A DNA stretch of 35,221 nucleotides from an uncultured Gammaproteobacteria bacterium (GCA_964624315.1 CAZUWJ010000004.1:1-35221), one strand, 5' to 3'. Shown: positions 18,577-28,327, counted from the stretch's first letter. Numbers and translations: made by a program. Notes: a model not told the origin generated them from the letters alone.

Positions 18577-19638
18577 ATGCCTCCAAAAAAATATAAAATC
18601 TCAATCTACGAAGTTTGGCCAGATATGAAAGATTATTTGTGCAAAAAATTAAAGGGTTTTAAAGTCAAAACCCATGAAGAATTAATTTCTAAAAATAATT
18701 TAGATACAGACACAGAAATTTTAACTGTCTTTTGTGCTTCCCCTGTCTCAGCCAAAATCATTGATTCTCTGCCAAAACTAAAAATGATTGCCACCATGTC
18801 AACTGGTTTTAATCATATTGATTTAGAGGCAGCCAAAAAAAGAAATATCCCAGTTTGCAATGTTCCAGTTTATGGACAAAACACCGTGGCTGAACACTCC
18901 TTTTCTCTAATACTTGCTTTAGCACGAAAATTATTTATATCTGTTAAACGTGTTAAAGAAGGAAATTTTGATTTTCACGGTCTTCGCGGTATAGATTTAA
19001 AAGAAAAAACATTAGGCGTAATTGGTACTGGTCATATTGGAATTCATTTAATAGAAATGGCCAAAGGATTTAATATGAATATTGTTGCTTTTGATGCTTA
19101 CCCAAATAAAGAATTAGCAAAAAAATTCGGTTTTAAATATCTCCCTCTTGATAAACTACTATCTTCATCTGATTTTATTTCTTTACATTTACCACTTTTC
19201 AAAGAGACCCATCATTTAATAAATAAAAAAAACATTAAAAAAGTTAAAAAAGGCGCCTATTTAATTAATACCGCTCGCGGAGAGTTAGTTGAAAGCGAAG
19301 CTTTGGTATGGGCTTTAGAAAATGGAATCTTAGCCGGAGCTGGTTTAGATGTTTTAGAAGAAGAGTGTAATATACAAAATGAAGGCACCATCCTCTTTGA
19401 ACAGGGTTATGGTAAAAATATGCGACAAACAAAAAGCAGCAAACTAACACCAAAACAAATCAAAACAATGTTAATGAATGAAATTTTGATTGATCACCCT
19501 GGCACAATCATCACTCCTCATAATGCTTTTAATAGCACCGAAGCTTTACAAAGAATAATTGATGCTACCATAGACAACATTATATGTTTTACAAAAGGAG
19601 AAAATAAAAATAATGTTTTAGACAAAAAGAAAAAATAA
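18577..19638 (+). CDS. D-isomer-specific 2-hydroxyacid dehydrogenase (D-LDH-like)
   Basis: STGFNHID, VAEH, GTGHIG, INTARG, DVLEEE, TPHNAF. Confidence 0.92.
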   Translation: MPPKKYKISIYEVWPDMKDYLCKKLKGFKVKTHEELISKNNLDTDTEILTVFCASPVSAKIIDSLPKLKMIATMSTGFNHIDLEAAKKRNIPVCNVPVYGQNTVAEHSFSLILALARKLFISVKRVKEGNFDFHGLRGIDLKEKTLGVIGTGHIGIHLIEMAKGFNMNIVAFDAYPNKELAKKFGFKYLPLDKLLSSSDFISLHLPLFKETHHLINKKNIKKVKKGAYLINTARGELVESEALVWALENGILAGAGLDVLEEECNIQNEGTILFEQGYGKNMRQTKSSKLTPKQIKTMLMNEILIDHPGTIITPHNAFNSTEALQRIIDATIDNIICFTKGENKNNVLDKKKK

Positions 19639-19671
19639 TTTTTTAAGCCTTGAGTATAAATTGTCTAAATC

Positions 19672-19706
19672 AAAAACTCCCCCCACCAAAGTGAGAGGAG
19701 TTTTTT
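19672..19706 (-). terminator. Terminator of rnpB
   Basis: Minus strand CTCCTCTCAC-TTTG-GTGGGGGGAG-TTTTT; G-U pairs form only on this strand. Confidence 0.8.
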
Positions 19707-19707
19707 A

Positions 19708-20083
19708 ATTATAGCTATAAGCCGGATTCTGTACCCCTTAGGGGCGATGATCATTTATCTAGCCTTGATATTACTATCAAGATCATTAGCGAGCGAACTT
19801 TTCCAAGGTTTTAACACCAAGGCTGCTCTTGCACCAGGCAGGGTTTAGCACTCATGGCAAATCGCTTTGCCAGAGAGTATCGTGGCTTAGTCCTAGAATC
19901 TAAACCTCCATACACTTTTCACCTTTCTCCGCCGAAGAGGCGGATAGTATAGTCTCTGTGCCACTTTCCCTCATTTAACTTCACAGTCAAACGGGTGGGT
20001 ATTACCCACTGCCACTACTCTTTTTACAAAGAGGATGTCCGGACTTTCCTACCCGCCAAGGCGGGTCGATCATCCACTATAAT
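19708..20083 (-). ncRNA. rnpB: RNase P RNA
   Basis: Minus strand AGGAAAGTCCGG, ACAGAGA, CTAAACCC, TAGATAAATGATC, ACAGAATCCGGCTTA; P1 ATTATAGT/GCTATAAT. Confidence 0.96.
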
Positions 20084-20090
20084 ACATTAT

Positions 20091-20119
20091 ACTATAGCAC
20101 ATTTTCGCTCTTTTGTCAA
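20091..20119 (-). promoter_or_regulatory. Promoter for rnpB
   Basis: Minus strand TTGACA-17 bp-TATAGT with extended TGn; predicted start matches P1. Confidence 0.85.
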
Positions 20120-20136
20120 GTCTTTAATTAACAAAC

Positions 20137-20202
20137 TGTCATCCTGAGGTATCGAAGGATCTAATATCACAACTTTAGATTCTTCGATTCCTCAGAATGA
20201 CA
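20137..20202. repeat. REP-like palindromic element class A
   Basis: TGTCATCCTGAGGTATCGAAGGATCTA-12 nt-TAGATTCTTCGATTCCTCAGAATGACA. Confidence 0.9.
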
Positions 20203-20272
20203 ACACCCTCTGTCCGTTGAAAAGCAGGAGGTCAAGATGGCAGTTTTATTTAAAATGAATAATTAGCCTATA

Positions 20273-20318
20273 AAAAGAAACTATAGTTTTAACTACAGTT
20301 TAAACTTAAGTTTCTTTT
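20273..20318. repeat. Triple 12-bp palindrome, copy 2 (inverted)
   Basis: AAAAG-AAACTATAGTTT-TAACTACAGTTT-AAACTTAAGTTT-CTTTT; 44/46 match to the reverse complement of copy 1. Confidence 0.9.
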
Positions 20319-20327
20319 CTTTAAAAA

Positions 20328-20624
20328 CTAAACAACAAACCCCTTTATCCTCTCCGCCTCCCCCTCAACCACTGGCCCATCATAATCTCCTCCATGAGCG
20401 GTCGTACCCTTGTAAACAGTCGCCCGCTGATCAAGATGGAGGTTAAATTGCCAATTTTCGTCCCTATCATCTATATAAACATGGAAACGAGGATATAGAT
20501 CATGGCGCAAACGCCTGGCATAGCTGACCTGCCTACTCCTCCTATCAAAAATCTTCCCATAACCACAACGGCGGATAAAACGCTCTGAATCTGGTATTTT
20601 TGTCTTTAGTAATAATAATTTCAT
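20328..20624 (-). CDS. Hypothetical protein
   Basis: Protein-like ORF (YPRFHVY, NLHLDQ, HGGDYDGPVV); start supported by the extended -10 TGGTAAAAT at 20633-20641. Confidence 0.8.
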   Translation of the reverse strand: MKLLLLKTKIPDSERFIRRCGYGKIFDRRSRQVSYARRLRHDLYPRFHVYIDDRDENWQFNLHLDQRATVYKGTTAHGGDYDGPVVEGEAERIKGFVV

Positions 20625-20747
20625 ATGATTACATTTTACCATTAAACACATAAAAACAAAATACTTAGGCCAATTGACTGATGATACATTTTAACGTAAA
20701 ATAGAGTAAATAACATATGATGTACTATTAATAGACATGACCAGTAT

Positions 20748-20826
20748 TGTCATTCCCGCGAAAGCGGGAATCCAGAAACATTTTATTAGTAAATACTCCT
20801 GGATCCCCGCTTTCGCGGGGATAACA
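20748..20826. repeat. REP-like palindromic element class B
   Basis: TGTCATTCCCGCGAAAGCGGGAATCCAG...CTGGATCCCCGCTTTCGCGGGGATAACA. Confidence 0.9.
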
Positions 20827-20882
20827 GTGACATCCTGGTTATTTTACTACCCCGATAATCCATTCTTCTAACAATCCAAAAT

Positions 20883-22307
20883 ATGAGACGCTTTGAATTT
20901 TTATTTACCTTTATACAATTACCCTTGGATTTTGTAATGCTAGTTTTGGCAGGCATAACCGCTTATAGCTTACGCTTTTCTCAAACTATCACGACTTATC
21001 GCCCAGTCTTATTCGAAGACAGTCTGCCTTGGGATAAATATTGGCCATTAGTTTTAACAGCTTCCCTGATCTGGATTTTTATTTTTGCTATAAATGGACT
21101 TTATCATACCAACCCCAATCGCAAACTACTAAAAGATGCTGTTAGATTGTTTTTTGCCAGCGCAACTGGATTCGCTCTTATAACTGTTTATATTTTCTTT
21201 AGTTTACAAAAATTTGATTCCCGCTTTTTGGTATTAGCCGGAACTATACTATCTTTTATTTATGTTTTATTTGGTCGCGTTTTTATCAAAGGCATAAAAA
21301 TTTTATTATACAAAAAAGGACTAGGCCTTCGTAGGACCGTTATTATCGGAACTGAAAAAATCGGTATTGAAATAAAAGAAAGTTTAGAACGGAACAAAGG
21401 CTATGGCTACAGAGTAATCGGCATCTATGAAAATTTTAATACAACCAACAAAAAAGAATTACTAAAATTAAAACCAAACGAAATTATACTCACTAATCCC
21501 AAAGCGAACGAAAAAGAAACTCTAGAACTAATAGATTTCTGTAATGAAGAGCACATTATTTTTAAATACTCGGCTGATCTATTCTCAACCATCTCAGCCA
21601 ACATGCCTGTCTATACAGTTGCTGGCGTACCAATAATAGAATTAAAACGTACCAATCTGGCTGGCTGGGGCAGTATCATCAAGAGATTTTTTGATATTTT
21701 TGGAAGCATCCTGCTCATCATTTTATTCTCCCCTATTTTTATTATAACCACTTTAATGATTTTGATAGAAACTGGCCGACCAATAATTTTTAAAAACGAA
21801 AGAGTTGGATTTAAAAATATAAAATTCTTTACCTTAAAATTCAGATCAATGCATAAAAAAGATTGTACTGGTGAACAGTTTGGCAAAATTGGAGAAGAAG
21901 CATTAAAAAAAGAAAAGGAATTAATCACCAAACAAAATGTTAAAACCGGACCAATTTATAAAATAAAAAATGATCCTCGCGTCACTTCATTTGGACATTT
22001 TATCAGACGTTGGAGCATAGACGAACTCCCACAATTTTTTAATGTTTTAAAAGGAAACATGAGTTTAGTTGGGCCCCGCCCCCATCAACAAAGAGAAGTT
22101 GAACAATACGAAAAACACCACAAAGCGGTTTTGGATATTAAACCCGGCATAACTGGTTTAGCTCAAATATCAGGCCGTAGCAATCTTAATTTTGAAGAAG
22201 AAATAAAACTAGATACTGTTTATATGGAAGAATGGAATATTTTACTTGATCTAATAATACTAATCAAAACTCCTTTTATAGTTATAAAAAATACCGGAGC
22301 TTGGTAA
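20883..22307 (+). CDS. Priming polyprenyl-phosphate sugar phosphotransferase (WcaJ/WbaP family)
   Basis: N-terminal TM helices, KRFFDI, KFRSM, DPRVT, SIDELPQFFNVLKGNMSLVGPRP, KPGITGLAQ. Confidence 0.95.
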   Translation: MRRFEFLFTFIQLPLDFVMLVLAGITAYSLRFSQTITTYRPVLFEDSLPWDKYWPLVLTASLIWIFIFAINGLYHTNPNRKLLKDAVRLFFASATGFALITVYIFFSLQKFDSRFLVLAGTILSFIYVLFGRVFIKGIKILLYKKGLGLRRTVIIGTEKIGIEIKESLERNKGYGYRVIGIYENFNTTNKKELLKLKPNEIILTNPKANEKETLELIDFCNEEHIIFKYSADLFSTISANMPVYTVAGVPIIELKRTNLAGWGSIIKRFFDIFGSILLIILFSPIFIITTLMILIETGRPIIFKNERVGFKNIKFFTLKFRSMHKKDCTGEQFGKIGEEALKKEKELITKQNVKTGPIYKIKNDPRVTSFGHFIRRWSIDELPQFFNVLKGNMSLVGPRPHQQREVEQYEKHHKAVLDIKPGITGLAQISGRSNLNFEEEIKLDTVYMEEWNILLDLIILIKTPFIVIKNTGAW

Positions 22308-22314
22308 AAAAAAT

Positions 22315-23439
22315 ATGCGAATTGCCCTAGTACATGATTACTTATCACAAAAGGGAGGGGCAGAAAAAGTTTTGCAAGCCTTTCACGAAATTTGGCCAGA
22401 AGCGCCTATTTTTGTTTTGTTTCATGATAAGAAAAAAATAAAAAGTTTTAAAAATACAGATATCAGAGAAACTTTTATAAAAAAACTACCCGGCGCCGAA
22501 AGAATGTTTCAATGGTATCTACCTCTTATGCCCTCTGCTACTGAGAAACACGATCTAAATGATTTTGATGTTGTGTTATCTTCCACTAGCTCTTTTGCCA
22601 AAGGGGTCATCACTCCGCCAGAGAGTGTTCATATTTGTTATTGTCATACCCCTCCTAGATTTTTATGGGCAGGAACTCACAGATATTTATCAGACCTACC
22701 TTATAATAAAGTAATAAAATCCTTTCTAACTCCCCTTTTACATCGTTTGCGTTTATGGGATACCTTGTCTACCAATCGAGTAGATCATTTTCTCTCCAAC
22801 TCAAACACAGTTAATCTACGCATCCAAAAATATTACCGTCGTCAAAGTGATACTATTTATCCGCCAGTAAAAACAAAAGATTTTCATATCTCCAAAAATT
22901 TAGGAAATTATTTTTTAGCTGGAGGAAGACTAGTCCCTTACAAAAGATTCGATCTAATAGTTCAGGCCTTTAATAGATTAGGTTTACCTATCAAAATTTT
23001 TGGATTAGGACCTGAACTAAAAAAATTAAAGAAGATCGCCAAACCAAATATAGAATTCATTGGCTATATTGAAGGTGAGGAAAAGAGCAAAATATTAAGC
23101 GAATGTTTAGGCTTTATTAATCCGCAAATAGAAGATTTTGGCATTACCACTGTTGAAGCCACAGCTTCTGGCCGACCAATCATCGCTTACCGAGGTGGAG
23201 GAGCAACTGAAAGTGTAGAAGAAAACAAAACTGGGATATTTTTTGAAAAACAAAACTGGCAATCTTTGACTGACGCGATCTTAAAATTCAATAGCAAAAA
23301 CTGGGATAGCCAATATATAAAAGAACACGCCAAAAAATTTGATGAAAATATTTTTAAACAAAAAATAAAACAAACTGTAGAAGACAGATACGAAGAATTC
23401 AAAAAAGGACAAAATCAGGTACAGTTTAAAAACATTTAA
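22315..23439 (+). CDS. Glycosyltransferase family 4
   Basis: HDYLSQKGGAE, RLVPYKR, EDFGITTVE. Confidence 0.93.
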   Translation: MRIALVHDYLSQKGGAEKVLQAFHEIWPEAPIFVLFHDKKKIKSFKNTDIRETFIKKLPGAERMFQWYLPLMPSATEKHDLNDFDVVLSSTSSFAKGVITPPESVHICYCHTPPRFLWAGTHRYLSDLPYNKVIKSFLTPLLHRLRLWDTLSTNRVDHFLSNSNTVNLRIQKYYRRQSDTIYPPVKTKDFHISKNLGNYFLAGGRLVPYKRFDLIVQAFNRLGLPIKIFGLGPELKKLKKIAKPNIEFIGYIEGEEKSKILSECLGFINPQIEDFGITTVEATASGRPIIAYRGGGATESVEENKTGIFFEKQNWQSLTDAILKFNSKNWDSQYIKEHAKKFDENIFKQKIKQTVEDRYEEFKKGQNQVQFKNI

Positions 23440-23467
23440 AAAATCCCGTTTGAACGGGATTTTTTAA
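23436..23467. terminator. Bidirectional terminator
   Basis: TTAAAAAATCCCGTT-TG-AACGGGATTTTTTAA between convergent genes. Confidence 0.85.
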
Positions 23468-23500
23468 TAAAACAATATTAAGAAATTTTCTTTATTTTAT

Positions 23501-24793
23501 TTAAAACAAACTTTTTAAATACTCCATTGAACCAGGGAACAAAGTAAAGGCTATAAGCAAGATTGATATTATACTCAAACGTACCACTGCCTCCCAGCCA
23601 ACAAAATTATAAATAATCTTTTCAAACCTACCCATTTTTGGTAAACCTAATTTCTTTTGACTATTTAATAAAATAAGTAAAAATATCAAAATTATCGGCA
23701 ATAACACTCCATTCAAAACTTGAGCCATTATCATAGTTTTAAATAAAGGCATCCCTGGAATCAAAACAAAAACAGCTGAAAAAATAATTACCGCGGCAAT
23801 TAAACCATAAAAAACAGTAGCATCTTTCCAGTCCGTATCCATGCCATGCTCAAAACCCAAAGCCTCACAAATAGAATAACTAGTAGTCAAAGGCAAAATA
23901 AAAGCACCCAAAAGAGCTGCAAACATAAACCCTATCCCAAAAATATCTTTGGCAAACCTTCCCAAAACAGGAGTTAAAGAAATAGCTGCTTTTTCTGCGC
24001 TATCTACGACTATCCCATTATCAAACAAAACTTGTTTAGTGGTTATTATAATCATCATTGCTATAAAACAAGCAAAAAAAGAACTAATTACAACTTCCCA
24101 TCTTTGAATTTTATAATGTTTTTTATCAACCCCTTTGTCTACCACATAAGACTGAATAAAAAATTGTCCCCAAGGAGTAATGGTTGTACCCATAACACCT
24201 AACAAAGCGAAGAAATATAACGGATCAAAAGACATATAAGGCGTAAAACTAGCCTTAACAACTTCTGTCCAATCTGGCCCGCTCATAACAGCTGAGGCGA
24301 TATACACCAAAAAGAAAAGAGAGATCCCTAGGAATAATTTTTCTACTTTTTTAAAAGAACCTTTATACAAAATCAACCAAATTATTATAGAAAAAAACGG
24401 GATAATTAAATATTTTGAAAAACCAAAAATTTCTAGCGCAGCTGCCAAGCCTGCAAACTGACCAACTGATACCGCTACATTTGAAATAAATAAAATAAAA
24501 AGAGCAAAAAAAGTTAATTTTACCCCAAACCTTTCTCTAATTAAAGCAGCCAATCCCTTACCAGTAAAAACACCCAAACGAATACCCATCTCTTGAGTAA
24601 AGGCCAGTGTTACAAAATTAATTACCAAAACCCAAAGCAATAAAAAACCAAATTGTGAACCAGCAAAAGAATATGTTGAAATACCACCGGCATCATTGTT
24701 GGCAGTTCCCGCGATTATGGCCGGACCCATTACTCCAAATACCAAAAATATTTTAGTAAACCAAGGTCTTTTTTTAACAACTTCATTTTCCAT
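23501..24793 (-). CDS. Nramp-related divalent metal transporter, NRMT (Mg2+) type
   Basis: MGPAII..ANNDAGGISTYS, QEM..RLG..TGKGL..LIRERFG, GTTITPW. Confidence 0.88.
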   Translation of the reverse strand: MENEVVKKRPWFTKIFLVFGVMGPAIIAGTANNDAGGISTYSFAGSQFGFLLLWVLVINFVTLAFTQEMGIRLGVFTGKGLAALIRERFGVKLTFFALFILFISNVAVSVGQFAGLAAALEIFGFSKYLIIPFFSIIIWLILYKGSFKKVEKLFLGISLFFLVYIASAVMSGPDWTEVVKASFTPYMSFDPLYFFALLGVMGTTITPWGQFFIQSYVVDKGVDKKHYKIQRWEVVISSFFACFIAMMIIITTKQVLFDNGIVVDSAEKAAISLTPVLGRFAKDIFGIGFMFAALLGAFILPLTTSYSICEALGFEHGMDTDWKDATVFYGLIAAVIIFSAVFVLIPGMPLFKTMIMAQVLNGVLLPIILIFLLILLNSQKKLGLPKMGRFEKIIYNFVGWEAVVRLSIISILLIAFTLFPGSMEYLKSLF

Positions 24794-24812
24794 ACAACAA
24801 ATATCAGATAAA

Positions 24813-26024
24813 CTAAGCGTTAGGCTTCAACTCTCTCATCACGTCATCAATAGTTACAATCCCGAGCATTCCACCACTTTCATCTAAAACTGCAGCTGTA
24901 AATAAATTATATTTTGTCATTAATTCCATTATATCATCCATATCATCATCAACTCCTAAAACAGAGATGGCTGACAAAGGTTTAAAAACTTCAGATACTT
25001 TTTTTGTTTTATCTTCTGTCAAAAGCAAACGTCGGAGAGATACTGCTCCTAAAAATTTATTATCTTTATCTACCACATAAACATACAGCAAACTTCTCAT
25101 CCCGCTGGATTTTTCTTTTATTACATCTACAACCCTGTTTAAATCCCAGTCTGGTAAAGTTTTAACATAGTCAGTTGTCATTAATCCCCCGGCCGTGTCA
25201 TCATCATACTCTATCAAAACTTCCACACTCTTTTTCTGATGTTTTTCTAAATAAGACAAATATTCATCAACTTCATTTTTTGGTAATACTTGCATCAAAT
25301 CCACTATCTCATCAATAGACATTTTTTTCAAAATATTACTAGCTTTTTTTGGACCCAAATTATTAAATAATATCTTTTGTAATTCTGGGTCTAATTCCTC
25401 CACAACTTCAGCAGCTGATTTTTCATCCATTGAACTAACCAATTCTTCTCTTTGTTTTAGAGTCAAATCTTCTATAATATTTGCCAAGTCAGCTGGATGC
25501 AAAGTATCTAATTCTTTGGCTAAGGTTTGTATTTTTACCCCGCCTTCAACCGTCTGGGCCTTGCTCCAATCTATCAAATTAACTTTTAAAATATTAAAAA
25601 CATCCACCCAAGAAAAACCTAGACGACGCAATAATCCTTTGAAACTAATATCTATAGCCACCACATTGGTATCCCCTTTTATTTTATTTAACCTCAAATC
25701 ATTAACTCGAACTACTCTCGCCCCTTCTATATCAACAATCTGTTTGTCCAAAATATCTCTAACTATCCAAGTATAATCATTTTTTGGGATTTCCATTTTG
25801 ACCAATTTATCCCCTAAAACATTCACTGATAAGTCTTTTTTTGTAAAATTATCTACGTATTTAAAATCAACACAAAAATCTCCTGATTTACTTTTTACCA
25901 AAATTAACTTCACTGGGTCATACTGACCAGAGGAAGGTTTGATCAAAATATCTTTAAGACGACCAACATAGTTGTCAGCCGCATCTTCTATCCTGTTATT
26001 TATAACTTGGCTTAAATATGGCAT
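24813..26024 (-). CDS. Soluble PRC-barrel/MgtE-N/CBS-pair protein
   Basis: ILDKQIVDIEGARVVRVNDL, LHPADLANI, TAGGLMTTDY, YVYVVD, GIVTIDDV; no MgtE membrane domain. Confidence 0.88.
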   Translation of the reverse strand: MPYLSQVINNRIEDAADNYVGRLKDILIKPSSGQYDPVKLILVKSKSGDFCVDFKYVDNFTKKDLSVNVLGDKLVKMEIPKNDYTWIVRDILDKQIVDIEGARVVRVNDLRLNKIKGDTNVVAIDISFKGLLRRLGFSWVDVFNILKVNLIDWSKAQTVEGGVKIQTLAKELDTLHPADLANIIEDLTLKQREELVSSMDEKSAAEVVEELDPELQKILFNNLGPKKASNILKKMSIDEIVDLMQVLPKNEVDEYLSYLEKHQKKSVEVLIEYDDDTAGGLMTTDYVKTLPDWDLNRVVDVIKEKSSGMRSLLYVYVVDKDNKFLGAVSLRRLLLTEDKTKKVSEVFKPLSAISVLGVDDDMDDIMELMTKYNLFTAAVLDESGGMLGIVTIDDVMRELKPNA

Positions 26025-26047
26025 ATTTTTTTATTAAAAGCGAGTTT

Positions 26048-26076
26048 ATTGTAGCATAAATTTAGGTTTTTTTCAA
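26048..26076 (-). promoter_or_regulatory. Promoter for the MgtE-N/NRMT operon
   Basis: Minus strand TTGAAA-17 bp-TACAAT with extended TGn. Confidence 0.7.
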
Positions 26077-26091
26077 GATTACCCTCTACTA

Positions 26092-26120
26092 TTGACATCG
26101 CCTTATTATTTTGCTATAAT
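26092..26120 (+). promoter_or_regulatory. Consensus promoter for the orphan gene
   Basis: TTGACA-17 bp-TATAAT with extended TGn. Confidence 0.85.
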
Positions 26121-26198
26121 GCATAGTTATATTCTTTGACAATAAAGATACTTATCAACTACACACAATTACACACAATGTGGAAATGGAGTTATGTT

Positions 26199-26990
26199 AT
26201 GCCAGGACTTACCAATTACACAGAAATCGACGCGGTAGTAGCAAAAAACTGCGGTGAAAATGGTCCTAACAGGGAATCAAAGGATATTGAGGAATTCATG
26301 GCCTACCATTCGATAGGAATGACCTCTTTATCGTTTTTGATTAGTTATGTTCAAGCAGGAGAGATTAGTCTTGAAGAAATCAATCGTTTCCTTCAAGACC
26401 TAAGAAGCCCTCCTCCTACACAAGCCCCAGAAGAGAAGTATCAAAAAATCATCGAAGGCTTAAAAAACGGTGAAATCACCGAGCTGGACATCTTGGAATT
26501 TGTTAAAAATCCGAGAAAATGGAGGGAATTCGAGACTTATAATGTTTTCATTGGCAAACTAAGCATTAAAGACTTAGTTTATCATAGCTTTTATGACCGA
26601 CAGGAATTTTCCAGTATCCCGGACTATCAATTTTTAGATGAAGCTAAACACGGAATAAAGAAGGTGTACCTGGTACCATTCAATCACATTGGTCATACTA
26701 GCAAAACAAGAACCAGCATGATTTCCTACCTAGATAGCCTGGGGTTAAAATTGGCCAATATGAGAACCTCCTTAACTCTGGTCAAAGATTACTCCTGGCT
26801 AGCGCTTCAATACAATCTCATTTGCTTAGGTACATTAATGGGAGAAACTGAAAAGGACCACTACATGCACATCGAAACCATTCCCAACGCTAGATACAGC
26901 CGGCTAGAAAGATGTTTAAAGCCGGAGCAATTCAACGAAGATACTCATTTTGGAGCCAGCAACATGGTCGTCCCTGCAGTAGCCAAATAG
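26199..26990 (+). CDS. Hypothetical protein
   Basis: Long ORF with its own promoter and terminator; GGAG 7 nt before ATG 26199 (alternative starts 26178, 26136). Confidence 0.75.
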   Translation: MPGLTNYTEIDAVVAKNCGENGPNRESKDIEEFMAYHSIGMTSLSFLISYVQAGEISLEEINRFLQDLRSPPPTQAPEEKYQKIIEGLKNGEITELDILEFVKNPRKWREFETYNVFIGKLSIKDLVYHSFYDRQEFSSIPDYQFLDEAKHGIKKVYLVPFNHIGHTSKTRTSMISYLDSLGLKLANMRTSLTLVKDYSWLALQYNLICLGTLMGETEKDHYMHIETIPNARYSRLERCLKPEQFNEDTHFGASNMVVPAVAK

Positions 26991-27013
26991 ATTTTATCCA
27001 ACACAAGACATAC

Positions 27014-27045
27014 ATCCTCACCGGCGAACGGTGGGGATTTTTTTT
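27014..27045 (+). terminator. Intrinsic terminator
   Basis: ATCCTCACCG-GCGAA-CGGTGGGGAT then T run. Confidence 0.85.
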
Positions 27046-27056
27046 ATAAAAAATTC

Positions 27057-27085
27057 TTGTCAGCCACAAACCCTTATGCTATACT
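27057..27085 (+). promoter_or_regulatory. Promoter for the GT4-DUF4012 operon
   Basis: TTGTCA-17 bp-TATACT with extended TGn. Confidence 0.7.
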
Positions 27086-27175
27086 AATTTTAACTTATCT
27101 AAGCAAAAAATTAGCCTAATCAATCCTACGACGTACTTACGTTTATATATACGTCAACACTATAAAAACTATAAT

Positions 27176-28297
27176 ATGAAAATAGGCATTGACGCTCGCC
27201 TCTACGGCCCCAAACAGGGCGGGCTGGGCAGATATTTAGAACAACTCATCACTAATTTGGAAAAAATCGATTCAAAAAACGATTATTTTATTTTCTTAAA
27301 AAAAGACAACTGGAACGAATACCAGCCAAAAAACAAAAGCTTTATCAAAGTCATGGCTAATATTCATTGGTATAGCCTAAAAGAACAAATCCTACTCCCA
27401 AGAATTTTAAAAAAACACCAACTTGATCTGATGCATTTCCCCCACTGGAATATCCCTCTTTTTTATAGAAAAGATTTTATCGTTACTATACATGATTTAA
27501 TACTCTTGAGGTATCCTAGTCGAAAAGCTAGTACTTTGGGACCAATAAAATATTTTTTTAAAAACTTAGCCTATAAAATAGTGCTAAAAAACGCTGTCAA
27601 AAGATCAAAGCACATCATATCTGTGAGCGAACATACTAAAAAAGATATAATAGAATATTTCAATATAAAACCAGAGCAAATTACCACCACTCTCCTGGGT
27701 TGTTTACCCACAAACTACGCGGAAGGAACAAACGACACTAAAATTTTACAAAAATATAATATAGCCAAGCCTTATATTGTTTATGCTGGCTCCGGTTATC
27801 CACACAAAAACGTAGAAATGCTTTTAGATGCTTGGAAAGATTATTTAAAGAAATATGGGAATAAGCACCATCTAGTTTTGATTTGGAAAAAAGATTATTT
27901 TTATGAAAAATTAGAACAAAAAGTAAAAACTGAAAATATAGCCAATGTTATTTTTACAGGCTTTATTGGCACAGACTTGCCAATAATATACAAAAACGCA
28001 GACCTATATGTCTTTCCAACGCTATGTGAAGGCTTCGGACTACCTCCTTTAGAGGCTATTCAACAAAATACGCCTGTAATATCTTCAAATGCTAGCTGTA
28101 TGCCTGAAATATTAAAAGACGCTGCCTTATTTTTCAATCCTAGCAATAAAAATGAGATAATTGAGGCCATGCACAGAGGCTTAACTGACCAGAACTTGAG
28201 AGCAGAACTGAAATTGAAAGGACAAAATATTTTACCAGAATATTCCTGGGGAAAAACCGCCAAAAAGACTTTAGAAATTTACGAAAATAATGTATAA
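27176..28297 (+). CDS. Glycosyltransferase family 4
   Basis: KIGIDAR, VTIHDL, PHKN, EGFGLPPLEA. Confidence 0.93.
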   Translation: MKIGIDARLYGPKQGGLGRYLEQLITNLEKIDSKNDYFIFLKKDNWNEYQPKNKSFIKVMANIHWYSLKEQILLPRILKKHQLDLMHFPHWNIPLFYRKDFIVTIHDLILLRYPSRKASTLGPIKYFFKNLAYKIVLKNAVKRSKHIISVSEHTKKDIIEYFNIKPEQITTTLLGCLPTNYAEGTNDTKILQKYNIAKPYIVYAGSGYPHKNVEMLLDAWKDYLKKYGNKHHLVLIWKKDYFYEKLEQKVKTENIANVIFTGFIGTDLPIIYKNADLYVFPTLCEGFGLPPLEAIQQNTPVISSNASCMPEILKDAALFFNPSNKNEIIEAMHRGLTDQNLRAELKLKGQNILPEYSWGKTAKKTLEIYENNV

Positions 28298-28327
28298 TAC
28301 ATCTATAACAAAAAGTTATAGAAATCA

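Noticed and set aside
24813-26024. Truncated mgtE pseudogene
   Set aside because: Clean stop after the CBS pair, an extra N-terminal PRC-like region, and no remnant of a membrane domain
27130-27155. GACGTA...TACGTC inverted repeat in the GT4 leader
   Set aside because: Only 6-bp arms and a single occurrence; may be chance
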